Source: Acidobacteriota bacterium (GTDB lineage: Bacteria > Acidobacteriota > Polarisedimenticolia > J045). Taken from it: DNA of 64,000 bases. Every line of letters begins with the position of its first letter. The first letter of the stretch is position 1. A model generated the notes under the pieces. It had not been told where the DNA came from. It did not search any database and saw nothing but the letters and a program-made list of their open reading frames with translations. The translations under genes and the position numbers were made by a program. Location: contig JAXLQU010000007.1 in NCBI GenBank assembly GCA_046331425.1, forward strand, positions 55,437-119,436, read 5' to 3'. Positions 57,601-64,000 of the stretch are shown one piece after another.

Positions 57601-58029
57601 CTCTTTGCTGATCTGTCGACAATTGGCGCCGCTCCGATCACAGACCCACAGGTTTTCCAACCCGTCGCGATCGGACGCGAATGCGATCGACTTCCCATCG
57701 GGGCTGAAGCGCGGTTGCACGTCGTACGCCGGCCCGCTGGTGATCCGGGTTGCCGCGCCCCCTTCGATCGGCAGCGTATACAGATCGCCGAGCAACGAGA
57801 AGACGATCTGTTTGCCGCTCGGATCGACATCGAGCGCCAGCCAGGTCCCTTCATCGGTTGAAAACGACAGCGCCGTGGAAGGTCCATGCGGCGCATCGAC
57901 CTTCCATCCGTCACTGCTCAGCGGCGCCGGTTTGGCGTCGGCGGCCGGTTTCGATTTGGCTGCGCCCGCCGATGGAACGCTCACGAGCAACGCGGCCAAC
58001 GCCGCGACAGTCACGCCAGTCAAACGCAT
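54688..58029 (-). CDS. secreted TolB-like (PD40) beta-propeller + C-terminal metal-dependent amidohydrolase fusion protein
   Basis: 1113 aa. Signal peptide MRLTGVTVAALAALLVSVPSAGA. Multiple FSPDGK/WSPDG PD40 repeats. C-terminal region has GLFDEHAHLHYS (HxH metal site of the amidohydrolase superfamily). ATG with GAGAGGTG upstream. Confidence 0.8.
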   Translation of the reverse strand: MRLTGVTVAALAALLVSVPSAGAAKSKPAADAKPAPLSSDGWKVDAPHGPSTALSFSTDEGTWLALDVDPSGKQIVFSLLGDLYTLPIEGGAATRITSGPAYDVQPRFSPDGKSIAFASDRDGLENLWVCDRSGANCRQISKEKKRTVSSPAWSPDGQYLIGRKRLTDVSSLGTVELWLWHLKGGEGVALTKKSEQPDAADPVFSKDGRFVYFSSREARYRYDRDPNEGIWQLKRFDRRNGQSTPLTGEFGGCAAPAVSPDGSTLAFVRRVRATTVLELLDLASGRIRRVAEGLTRDNQEGFSFHGTFPGYAWMPDGHSIVATAEGKIWRYNVSDGSRTPIPFSAQVDQAVSEAVRSPQRLGTDPVRLRVIRWPAMSPDGKRLVFSAAGHLYGMDFPNGSPQRLTAALDFEYAPAFSADGKRIVFTTWNDREGGHVVVIPAAGGIAKRLTRVPGQYVNPAFSPDGTQVVYVASSGAAMRDHDLSDELWHEVRLVSAEGGAAQLVIATAVRGPNRRTPRPSFNAKGDRIYFVEDDPDAKPLSIPSAQLVSVKLDGTDKRKRLQFGPAEEAAVSPNEQWVVYRERHNVYVTALPEAGEGPIDVATAGGAFPVAKLTENGGEWVGWAEGADTISWSYGPNYYRLALAKAFPDPSPAPADVAKPSGKPASANAADKKADDKPGLPQPEVTEITLTLPREKPSGTVAYTNARLITMKGDEVIAAGTIVVESDRIKAVGASNAITLPAGATVVDLTGKTVIPGLFDEHAHLHYSTLDVFPQRPWKYLANLAYGVTSTHDPSASTQEVFGQAEMVEAGLVPGPRIFSTGYILYGADDANGAVIDSLDDARHHLQRLKTLGAFSVKSYMQPRRDVRQWIIQAARELNMMVVPEGGGDLEMDLTFVLDGHTTIEHALPTTPLYKDVVTLLGKSKTSYTPTLLVAYGGPSGEKWFYQHYDVWKNERLLSVTPQGVIDGKSRRRQMLPDEDWHHINVAAGAKRVVDSGGTVCLGGHGQLQGLGPHWEIWGFVQGGMSPLEALRVATLSPAKTLGLDNDLGSIEPGKLADFVVLGKNPLERIENTDSVELVVKNGVGYKPKDLERIGANANGPSLGSIPKASDDL

Positions 58030-58048
58030 TCAATCACCTCTCTGGCCG

Positions 58049-58981
58049 TCAATGGCCGCGTGCCTCGAGCCAACGTTCACAATCGATGGCGGCCATGCAG
58101 CCCGTTCCAGCGGCCGTTACCGCCTGGCGATAGACCCAATCCTGCGCATCGCCACACGCGAAAACGCCTGGGATGTTGGTCAATGAAGTCCCAGGTTTGG
58201 TGATGATGTAACCCGCCTCGTTGAGTTGAAGTTGGTCGACGAACAGCTCCGTGTTCGGCTTGTGGCCGATGGCTACGAACACCGCATTCGTCGGGGTCTG
58301 GCTGATCGAGTCGGTCTGCAAGTTCCGAAGGCGCACCGCCTCGACCTTCTGCTCGCCCAAAATCTCTTCAACCGCTGTGTTCCAGATGAACTTGATCTTG
58401 GGATTGGCCAGCGCGCGATCCTGCATCGCTTTGGAAGCGCGCAGGGTGTCGCGCCGATGTACGACGGTGACCTGCTTTCCGAAGCGGGTGAGAAATGTCG
58501 CTTCTTCCATCGCCGTGTCGCCGCCACCGACGACCATGATCTCTTGATCGCGAAAGAAAAAACCGTCGCAGGTCGCGCAGCCGCTGACACCGCGTCCCAT
58601 CAGCCGCTGTTCGGACGGCAGCCCGATCCACTTGGCGGAGGCGCCGGTCGCGACGATCACGCTTTCGGCCAGCAACCGCTCCTGCCCGTCGTACTCGACC
58701 TCGAATGGATAGCTCCCGAGATTGACCTTGGTCGCCAAGCCGGGGCGGATCTCGGTCCCGAAGCGTGCCGCCTGACCCTTGAACATCTCCATCAAATCCG
58801 GGCCCATGACCCCTTCAGGAAACCCAGGGTAGTTCTCGACGTCGGTCGTGATCGTCAGTTGGCCGCCGGGTTGGAGTCCTTCGAGCAACACCGGCGCAAG
58901 GTTGGCGCGCGACGCGTAGATCGCTGCTGTGTAGCCGGCCGGGCCGGATCCGATGATGACTGTCTTATGCGTGCTGGACAC
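58049..58981 (-). CDS. trxB: thioredoxin-disulfide reductase
   Basis: (V)SSTHKTVIIGSGPAGYTAAIYA is the FAD motif; CATCDGFFFRDQEIMVVGGGDTAMEEATFLTRF has the redox CxxC and the NADPH motif. GTG start. Confidence 0.9.
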   Translation of the reverse strand: MSSTHKTVIIGSGPAGYTAAIYASRANLAPVLLEGLQPGGQLTITTDVENYPGFPEGVMGPDLMEMFKGQAARFGTEIRPGLATKVNLGSYPFEVEYDGQERLLAESVIVATGASAKWIGLPSEQRLMGRGVSGCATCDGFFFRDQEIMVVGGGDTAMEEATFLTRFGKQVTVVHRRDTLRASKAMQDRALANPKIKFIWNTAVEEILGEQKVEAVRLRNLQTDSISQTPTNAVFVAIGHKPNTELFVDQLQLNEAGYIITKPGTSLTNIPGVFACGDAQDWVYRQAVTAAGTGCMAAIDCERWLEARGH

Positions 58982-59044
58982 AAAACCTCCACGGGCGGAT
59001 CGGCAGCGACGGCTCTTCCCGTGCGAGCTGCCGAGGTGATGCGC

Positions 59045-59803
59045 TCAACGCGACCCACTACCAAGCAATCGGTCGGCGAGCGCTGTCAAATTCGGAACCT
59101 TCATCGTTACCGTCACATCTTCTGGCAGCGGCTCACCGCGCCGGTCGATGTACACCGAGGGGATGCCGAGATCCTCGGCCGCAGCCAGATCGAACTGGGC
59201 ATAGGCCGAACAATGGAGCAGTTCCTCGGGCTCGAGTTCTCGCTCGTGCAGCAGTGCCAGCAGGTGGTCGGGCTCCGGCTTGTAGCACTGCACGTCGTCC
59301 GCGGTCACGCGGTGGGTGATCGGCGCGTCGATCGACGACAGCGTGAGGTCGAGATCGGCACGATCGACGTTGGAGAGCACCGCCAACGGCCAGCGCGCCG
59401 CGAGTCGGCGAAGTGCTGCCGCGGTATCGGCGAACGGCGGCCAACGGCCAATGCTGCTGGCAATCTCCTCGGCCTCCGCTTGCGACAAGGACACACCCCG
59501 CGATTGGGCCCCATCGCGAACCGATTCGGTCAACAACTGCCGGTACGGCACGAACTCCTCGAGCTCCTGGAGGCGCTCCCATTCCTCGGCATGGATCGCA
59601 TCGACCAGTCCGCTGGGGAGCAACTGACCTCGCCGCTTGAGCACACCGAATAGCGCCTCGGAGAGGCCCCGATTCCAATCGATCAGCGTCCCATAGCAGT
59701 CGAAGGAGAGGCAGCGAATCGAACGCAGTTCGGTCGGCAGCGCGGCCCAACGGGGGGCCTGATGCGGGGTCGGGCGGGGGCCTGGGCGCGGGTTTCGGTT
59801 CAT
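59045..59803 (-). CDS. HAD-superfamily hydrolase (2-haloacid-dehalogenase-like, DxYGTL motif)
   Basis: LSFDCYGTLIDW (motif I) and ...LSNVDRAD... downstream. I chose internal ATG 59803 (MNRNPRPG...). The maximal ORF (59983) has a basic low-complexity extension. Confidence 0.7.
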   Translation of the reverse strand: MNRNPRPGPRPTPHQAPRWAALPTELRSIRCLSFDCYGTLIDWNRGLSEALFGVLKRRGQLLPSGLVDAIHAEEWERLQELEEFVPYRQLLTESVRDGAQSRGVSLSQAEAEEIASSIGRWPPFADTAAALRRLAARWPLAVLSNVDRADLDLTLSSIDAPITHRVTADDVQCYKPEPDHLLALLHERELEPEELLHCSAYAQFDLAAAEDLGIPSVYIDRRGEPLPEDVTVTMKVPNLTALADRLLGSGSR

Positions 59804-59964
59804 GCTCGGGTCCGTGGAAGGGGCGAGAGTTTGGACCCGCGCCCGGCCGAGAGCAACGCCGCGTCCGGGCCCCCCGCGATCCCGAGTTGACCAGGCTCTA
59901 CGCCGGTCCTTACCATCTCCTGCGAGCCGTCTCGTAAGGACGTGTAGGTAGGGGGCCGATCGGT

Positions 59965-60948
59965 TTGGATTTCCCGGCGTCAATCCTGGTCGTGGACGAC
60001 AACCGACTCGTACGCGAGTTGGTCCGCGACGCGTTCTTGGAGGCGGGTTTCGCTGTGCTCACCGCAGCCAACGGCAAGGAGGCGCTCGATCGCGTGGCAG
60101 AAGAGCGCCCCGACCTGATCATCACCGATGTGGTCATGCCCGAGATGGATGGTTGGGCCTTGTGCGATGCCTTGAAGGCCGACGCCCACACACGAGATGT
60201 CCCGCTGGTCTTTCTCGCCGGCCAACGAGAGATCCCTCAGCGAATTCGCGGACTGAAGTCGGGTGCGTACGACTACCTGACCAAGCCGTTCTCGACGGAA
60301 GAGTTGTTGCTGCGAGTCAAGTTGATCTTGGAGCGAACCCGGCAAGGATCGGCCTCGGGAGAAACGCCGCGCGCCTACCTCTCGGGACACACCAGCCATC
60401 TTCCGGTGGCCGATCTGGTTCAACTCTTGGCGATGAACGGCAAGACCGGCTGCCTGCGATTGCGCGCCGGCGGCGAGGCGGCGCGCCTGCATTTTCGCCA
60501 CGGCCGAATCGCGGGCGCGTTCACGGCCAGGACGCGCGGACGCAAGGCGTTGTTTCGAGTGCTCGGTTGGTCGGAAGCAGACTTTCACTTCGATCCGGTC
60601 GATGACCCTACCGTGGGCGAAGAACTCGAAGCCAACACGCAGCGGTTGTTGATGGACGCATTGGTCTCGCTCGACGATCTGGCGCGCCTGCGTGCCGATC
60701 TTCCGACCGAGGATCTGCAACTCGAGTTGGGGATGGCCGCGCGACAACTGCTTTCGACGCCCGGTGATGTCAGCCCGGTGGAGTTTGCGGTGCTGCGCTC
60801 CTGCCGGGAACGCGCGACGCTTCGCGAGTTGCTCGATCGAATCGAGTCGACCGATCTGGAAATCGCTTCGGCCGTCGTGAAACTGCTGCACAAAGGGGCC
60901 GTGCTGCCTTACATGGAAACAGGTGATGTGATCGATCCACAGGCGTGA
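59965..60948 (+). CDS. response regulator with C-terminal DUF4388-like domain
   Basis: ILVVDDNRLVRELV...DLIITDVVMPEMDG...DYLTKPF is the receiver. Then LSGHTSHLPVADLVQLLAMNGKTGCLRL, typical of DUF4388. TTG start with GGGGG upstream. Confidence 0.75.
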   Translation: MDFPASILVVDDNRLVRELVRDAFLEAGFAVLTAANGKEALDRVAEERPDLIITDVVMPEMDGWALCDALKADAHTRDVPLVFLAGQREIPQRIRGLKSGAYDYLTKPFSTEELLLRVKLILERTRQGSASGETPRAYLSGHTSHLPVADLVQLLAMNGKTGCLRLRAGGEAARLHFRHGRIAGAFTARTRGRKALFRVLGWSEADFHFDPVDDPTVGEELEANTQRLLMDALVSLDDLARLRADLPTEDLQLELGMAARQLLSTPGDVSPVEFAVLRSCRERATLRELLDRIESTDLEIASAVVKLLHKGAVLPYMETGDVIDPQA

Positions 60949-60995
60949 GCCGGACGCTACCACCGGCTGTGCGAAGAATTGTCGACGCGCCTGAC

Positions 60996-61682
60996 CTATA
61001 GCCGTGCTCGGAATGCGACGTAGAGCGTAAGGCACACATACCAGCAGAAAAGCGCGCTCCAAAACATGTGCGAGACGAAGTGCGCTCCCTGCACGACCCG
61101 CCCAAAACCGATCAACAAGCCGAGTACCGTGACAATCGCGAACGCCCACCGAGAGCGCTTCGGCGATCGGTTTCTCCAAACAAAATAAAGAGCGTAGAAC
61201 GCAAACGGGCCCGCAGCGTGGCCCGAGGGCCAACAGGCCCCACGGTCCATTCCAGGGACTACGGGCTCCAACAGTGTTACGTAGGGCGCCATCCCACCGT
61301 ACCGATCGATATCCCACGGGCAATGCTGCACGGAGACCGCTTTGATCCCGCCCACCACCAGCGGCGCCAACAACAGGCACAAGAACAGATACCCCAACAC
61401 TCTGCGCTTGCTAGCCAACGTAGAGGAGTGCCATGACGCCAACCACAACACTCCCACGAAGAGCCCAAACACCACGATCGCCCACTTGATTCCATCGTGT
61501 GCGAACTCTTCGAAGAACCAACTCCTTCGCAACCAGAACCGGCCGCGCGCGAAATCGTAGAACCGATCGCTGACCGCCAGATCCCAGTGACTCGGTTCGA
61601 AGATCGCCAACAACGAGAGCGCGATGACGACCGGCAGGCCCGCGTGCCACAACCAGAAGCGACGATCGAGCGTTGGATTCAC
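60996..61682 (-). CDS. PAP2-family (type 2 phosphatidic acid phosphatase-like) membrane phosphatase
   Basis: PSGHAAG and GRVVQGAHFVSHM are PAP2 motifs 2 and 3. Several TM helices. GTG overlaps the downstream stop (GTGA). Confidence 0.8.
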   Translation of the reverse strand: MNPTLDRRFWLWHAGLPVVIALSLLAIFEPSHWDLAVSDRFYDFARGRFWLRRSWFFEEFAHDGIKWAIVVFGLFVGVLWLASWHSSTLASKRRVLGYLFLCLLLAPLVVGGIKAVSVQHCPWDIDRYGGMAPYVTLLEPVVPGMDRGACWPSGHAAGPFAFYALYFVWRNRSPKRSRWAFAIVTVLGLLIGFGRVVQGAHFVSHMFWSALFCWYVCLTLYVAFRARL

Positions 61683-62545
61683 GGGACGCAGAGTCTGGCG
61701 GCAGCCGGCAGAATTCGCACCGCGAGCGGGGTCGTTCCGGCTGGATCGCCATCGATCTGAACGGCGACCGGATCACCGAGCGCTTCGATCGTCAGTTGAA
61801 GCGCCGTGCCGTACTCGAGGGAGGCGAGCGGCCGCTTTCGGATCGCTGCCCAGGCCCAACGCAGCGAGGACCAAGCTCCGGCAGGTGGTCGCGCCACCCA
61901 GTCCAGCCGGCCGTCATTGGCGATTGCATTCGGAGCGACCGCGAAGTACGCAGCGTAGTTCCTTACGTTGCAGACGATGATGTCTTGCAGTGTCGAAGCG
62001 AACGGCGCGCCGTCGACGGTCAAGCGCAGCCGCGGTCGCGCCGGCTCGGTGAGTGCGCGCCAGGTGGGAGCGAGGTAGTCGCTTTTGCGTATCGGGCCGA
62101 CGCGTGTGGTGTGAAGAGCATCGATGATCTCGGCGTCGAGGCCGACGCCGGTCATCGCCAGAAAGTGCCGGCCGTTGGCGTCGCCCAAATCGAACGGCTG
62201 GGTGTGCCCCGCAGCGATCACGGCCGCAGCCCCTTCTGGGTCGAGCGGAATCTTCAGTTCGCGCGCGACCACGTTGGCCGTGCCGATCGGAATTACTGCG
62301 GCGCTCACCGGACGCTGAAGTCCGTCCAACACCGTGCGCAGCGTCCCGTCACCGCCGACGGCCGCGACCACATCCGCGTGCAGAGAGGCCTGGCCTGCGA
62401 ACTCCCGCGTCGCCTCTGCCGTGGTGGGCATCTGCACCCGTACCTGGCAACCGGCCGAGACAAGAACGCGCTGCGCCGCTTCGGCCGCGGCGCGCCCGCG
62501 CCCGCGTCCTGCGTGCGCGTTGGCGATCAGTTCAACGCGGAGCAC
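61679..62545 (-). CDS. YegS/BmrU-type lipid kinase (DAGK catalytic domain)
   Basis: RVELIANAHAGRGRG...AAVGGDGTLRTVLDGL...AVIPIGTANVVAREL is the DAGK_cat signature. I chose GTG 62545. The maximal ORF (62638) overlaps the upstream gene by 107 nt. Confidence 0.75.
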   Translation of the reverse strand: MLRVELIANAHAGRGRGRAAAEAAQRVLVSAGCQVRVQMPTTAEATREFAGQASLHADVVAAVGGDGTLRTVLDGLQRPVSAAVIPIGTANVVARELKIPLDPEGAAAVIAAGHTQPFDLGDANGRHFLAMTGVGLDAEIIDALHTTRVGPIRKSDYLAPTWRALTEPARPRLRLTVDGAPFASTLQDIIVCNVRNYAAYFAVAPNAIANDGRLDWVARPPAGAWSSLRWAWAAIRKRPLASLEYGTALQLTIEALGDPVAVQIDGDPAGTTPLAVRILPAAARLCVP

Positions 62546-63992
62546 GCGATCCCGGCGATTGCGGCAAGTGATAGCGCTTATTTTCGAGCGCGTCGTAGGT
62601 GGTTTGATAGACAGCCATCGCGTCCTTGGCCAACTCATGCATCGCTGGTGTGATCTCGGCAGGCTCGACGGCCGTGAACAGATCGGAGTGACGATCCGGG
62701 CGCGTGTAGAACTCGATCCTCTTTTTCAGACCCAGCACCACCAGCGTGTTGTCGGTGAGCATCCCGACGTTGCGGTTGTGCTGCAGAAACGCGCGCCCAC
62801 CGTCGGCTGGCAACCGGGTCAGGTCCTCGCCCAGAAAGGGCGTCTCATCATGCACTCCGACCAAAGACAGCAGCGTGGGGGCCAAATCGATCTGTGAGGA
62901 CAGGCGATCGATTCGCTTCCCATCCCAGGTTTCGCCAGGCACTACGAAGAGCGCAGGAATTCTGTAGCTTTGCGCCGGGATCATCTCGCGGCCGTAGACG
63001 CGAGCACCATGATCACCCAAGACCAACACCAGCGTGTGATCGAGCAGACCCTCCTGCTGCGACATGTCAAGGTACCGCGCAAGAGCCCAGTCGGAGTAGG
63101 CAACGGCCGATTCGCGATTTTTCTTGCTGGCGGGCCACGCCGTTCCGCGCTCGGGAACTTCGTACGGCTTGTGATTGCTCACAGTGAGCGCTGAAACGAA
63201 CAGCCGCTCGCCGTTGGCTCTGGCCTTTCGTTGGCGGGCCAGCAGGGTGTCGAACATGTACTCGTCGGCCACGCCCCAGATCGTTGCGAACGCATCGTTG
63301 GGCATCGACGAGCGTTCGATGAACTCCTCGAACCCGTTATTGGGCATAAACGGTTTCATGCTGTCGAAGGTGCCCCAGCCGCCATAGACGAACGCGGTCT
63401 TGTAGCTGCGGCGTCGAAAGACTTCTGCCAGCGTGGCAAGGCCGATCGCGTCGTTGCGCTTGAGGACCGCATCACCCGGCAGGGGAACGAGCGAGCAGAG
63501 CGTTCCCTCCAAGCCGCGCACCGTTCGATTTCCGGTCGAGACCAGTCCCGTCAAAAACAACCCTTGCAGGGCCCAGCGATCGAACCCGGGCGAGGTCCTG
63601 CGCGATTCGTTTCCCAAAGCTCCAATGAATTCCGAGCCCAGGCTCTCCTCGAAGATCACGACGACATCCCACGGTTGGGCGACGGCATCGGTCGGCGCTG
63701 CTGGGGCGATGCCGCTCTTCAGCACGCGCGCCGCGCGCTCGGCCGCTTCCGCGTCAGGCAGCGAGGCGTAGTACTGCCGGTAGTCGAGTTTTGCCGTCCG
63801 GAAAGCGCGCACCAAAGACGCGAGTCCGTTGGCTGCGATCTCGCCGGTAACGCGGTTGTTGGGGTCGTCGAGGTCGGGGAGCAGGCGCAGCATCGCAGCG
63901 ACGGCAAGCGTGCTCAGCAACACCACACCGACGGCGCGCCCACGCGCGCGCCACGGAATACGTTCGAACCGAGCTGCCTTCAGACGGCGCAA
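62532..63992 (-). CDS. sulfatase-domain membrane protein (LtaS/EptA/MdoB-like alkaline-phosphatase superfamily)
   Basis: N-terminal TM (AVGVVLLSTLAVAAMLRLL). VVIFEESLGSEF...LTVSNHKPYEVPE...LVLVLGDHGARVYG are sulfatase-family motifs. TTG start near the window end. Confidence 0.7.
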   Translation of the reverse strand: MRRLKAARFERIPWRARGRAVGVVLLSTLAVAAMLRLLPDLDDPNNRVTGEIAANGLASLVRAFRTAKLDYRQYYASLPDAEAAERAARVLKSGIAPAAPTDAVAQPWDVVVIFEESLGSEFIGALGNESRRTSPGFDRWALQGLFLTGLVSTGNRTVRGLEGTLCSLVPLPGDAVLKRNDAIGLATLAEVFRRRSYKTAFVYGGWGTFDSMKPFMPNNGFEEFIERSSMPNDAFATIWGVADEYMFDTLLARQRKARANGERLFVSALTVSNHKPYEVPERGTAWPASKKNRESAVAYSDWALARYLDMSQQEGLLDHTLVLVLGDHGARVYGREMIPAQSYRIPALFVVPGETWDGKRIDRLSSQIDLAPTLLSLVGVHDETPFLGEDLTRLPADGGRAFLQHNRNVGMLTDNTLVVLGLKKRIEFYTRPDRHSDLFTAVEPAEITPAMHELAKDAMAVYQTTYDALENKRYHLPQSPGSRAPR

Positions 63993-64000
63993 ACCTGGCC

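Noticed and set aside
1-64000. CRISPR arrays, IS elements, prophage genes
   Set aside because: No regularly spaced direct repeats, no transposase/integrase/terminase-like proteins in any of the listed ORFs.

Overview
This is a 64 kb, high-GC (by eye roughly 65-68%) bacterial chromosomal segment with dense coding on both strands. Many adjacent genes share 4-nt stop/start overlaps (ATGA, GTGA, TGAGTG). All annotation comes from reading the supplied six-frame ORFs and the sequence directly; no searches were run. The ORF track extends each ORF to the first ATG/GTG/TTG after a stop, so I trimmed several N-termini using conserved N-terminal motifs and Shine-Dalgarno positions.

Housekeeping content recognised: argS, a type-2 ileS, lspA-lgt-rluD, trxB, glgC, pdxJ, tsaC, a cysteine desulfurase, a 1-pyrroline-5-carboxylate (P5C) dehydrogenase plus an aminotransferase, and tRNA-Gly(CCC). 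Also present are three cell-envelope glycosyltransferases (one GT9, two GT4), a PP2C-TPR-RodZ-like operon, a sigma-54 activator next to a tryptophanase-family lyase, a four-gene c-di-GMP/two-component operon after the tRNA, and a large TolB-propeller/amidohydrolase fusion.

The most interesting region is about 14.5-21.5 kb. It holds a radical SAM/SPASM peptide maturase (PqqE-like, with no fused RiPP-recognition-element (RRE) domain), a separate PqqD-family RRE protein 4 kb upstream on the same strand, a convergent PF14907-type nucleotidyltransferase, a decayed HprK-like P-loop kinase remnant, and a previously unlisted 48-aa ORF with an acidic leader-like N-half and a two-Cys C-terminal tail. 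Together these look like an uncharacterised RiPP-like peptide-modification system. It combines the tailoring trio seen around lasso-peptide clusters (RRE, kinase, nucleotidyltransferase) with an rSAM/SPASM enzyme instead of the lasso cyclase and protease.

Three in-gene frameshifts all sit in homopolymer runs: ileS at an A4 run, the large secreted protein at an A3 run, and the kinase remnant at a C4 run. Because ileS is essential, these are most simply explained as assembly indel errors, which weakens any pseudogene call.

No CRISPR array, transposase or integrase was seen.
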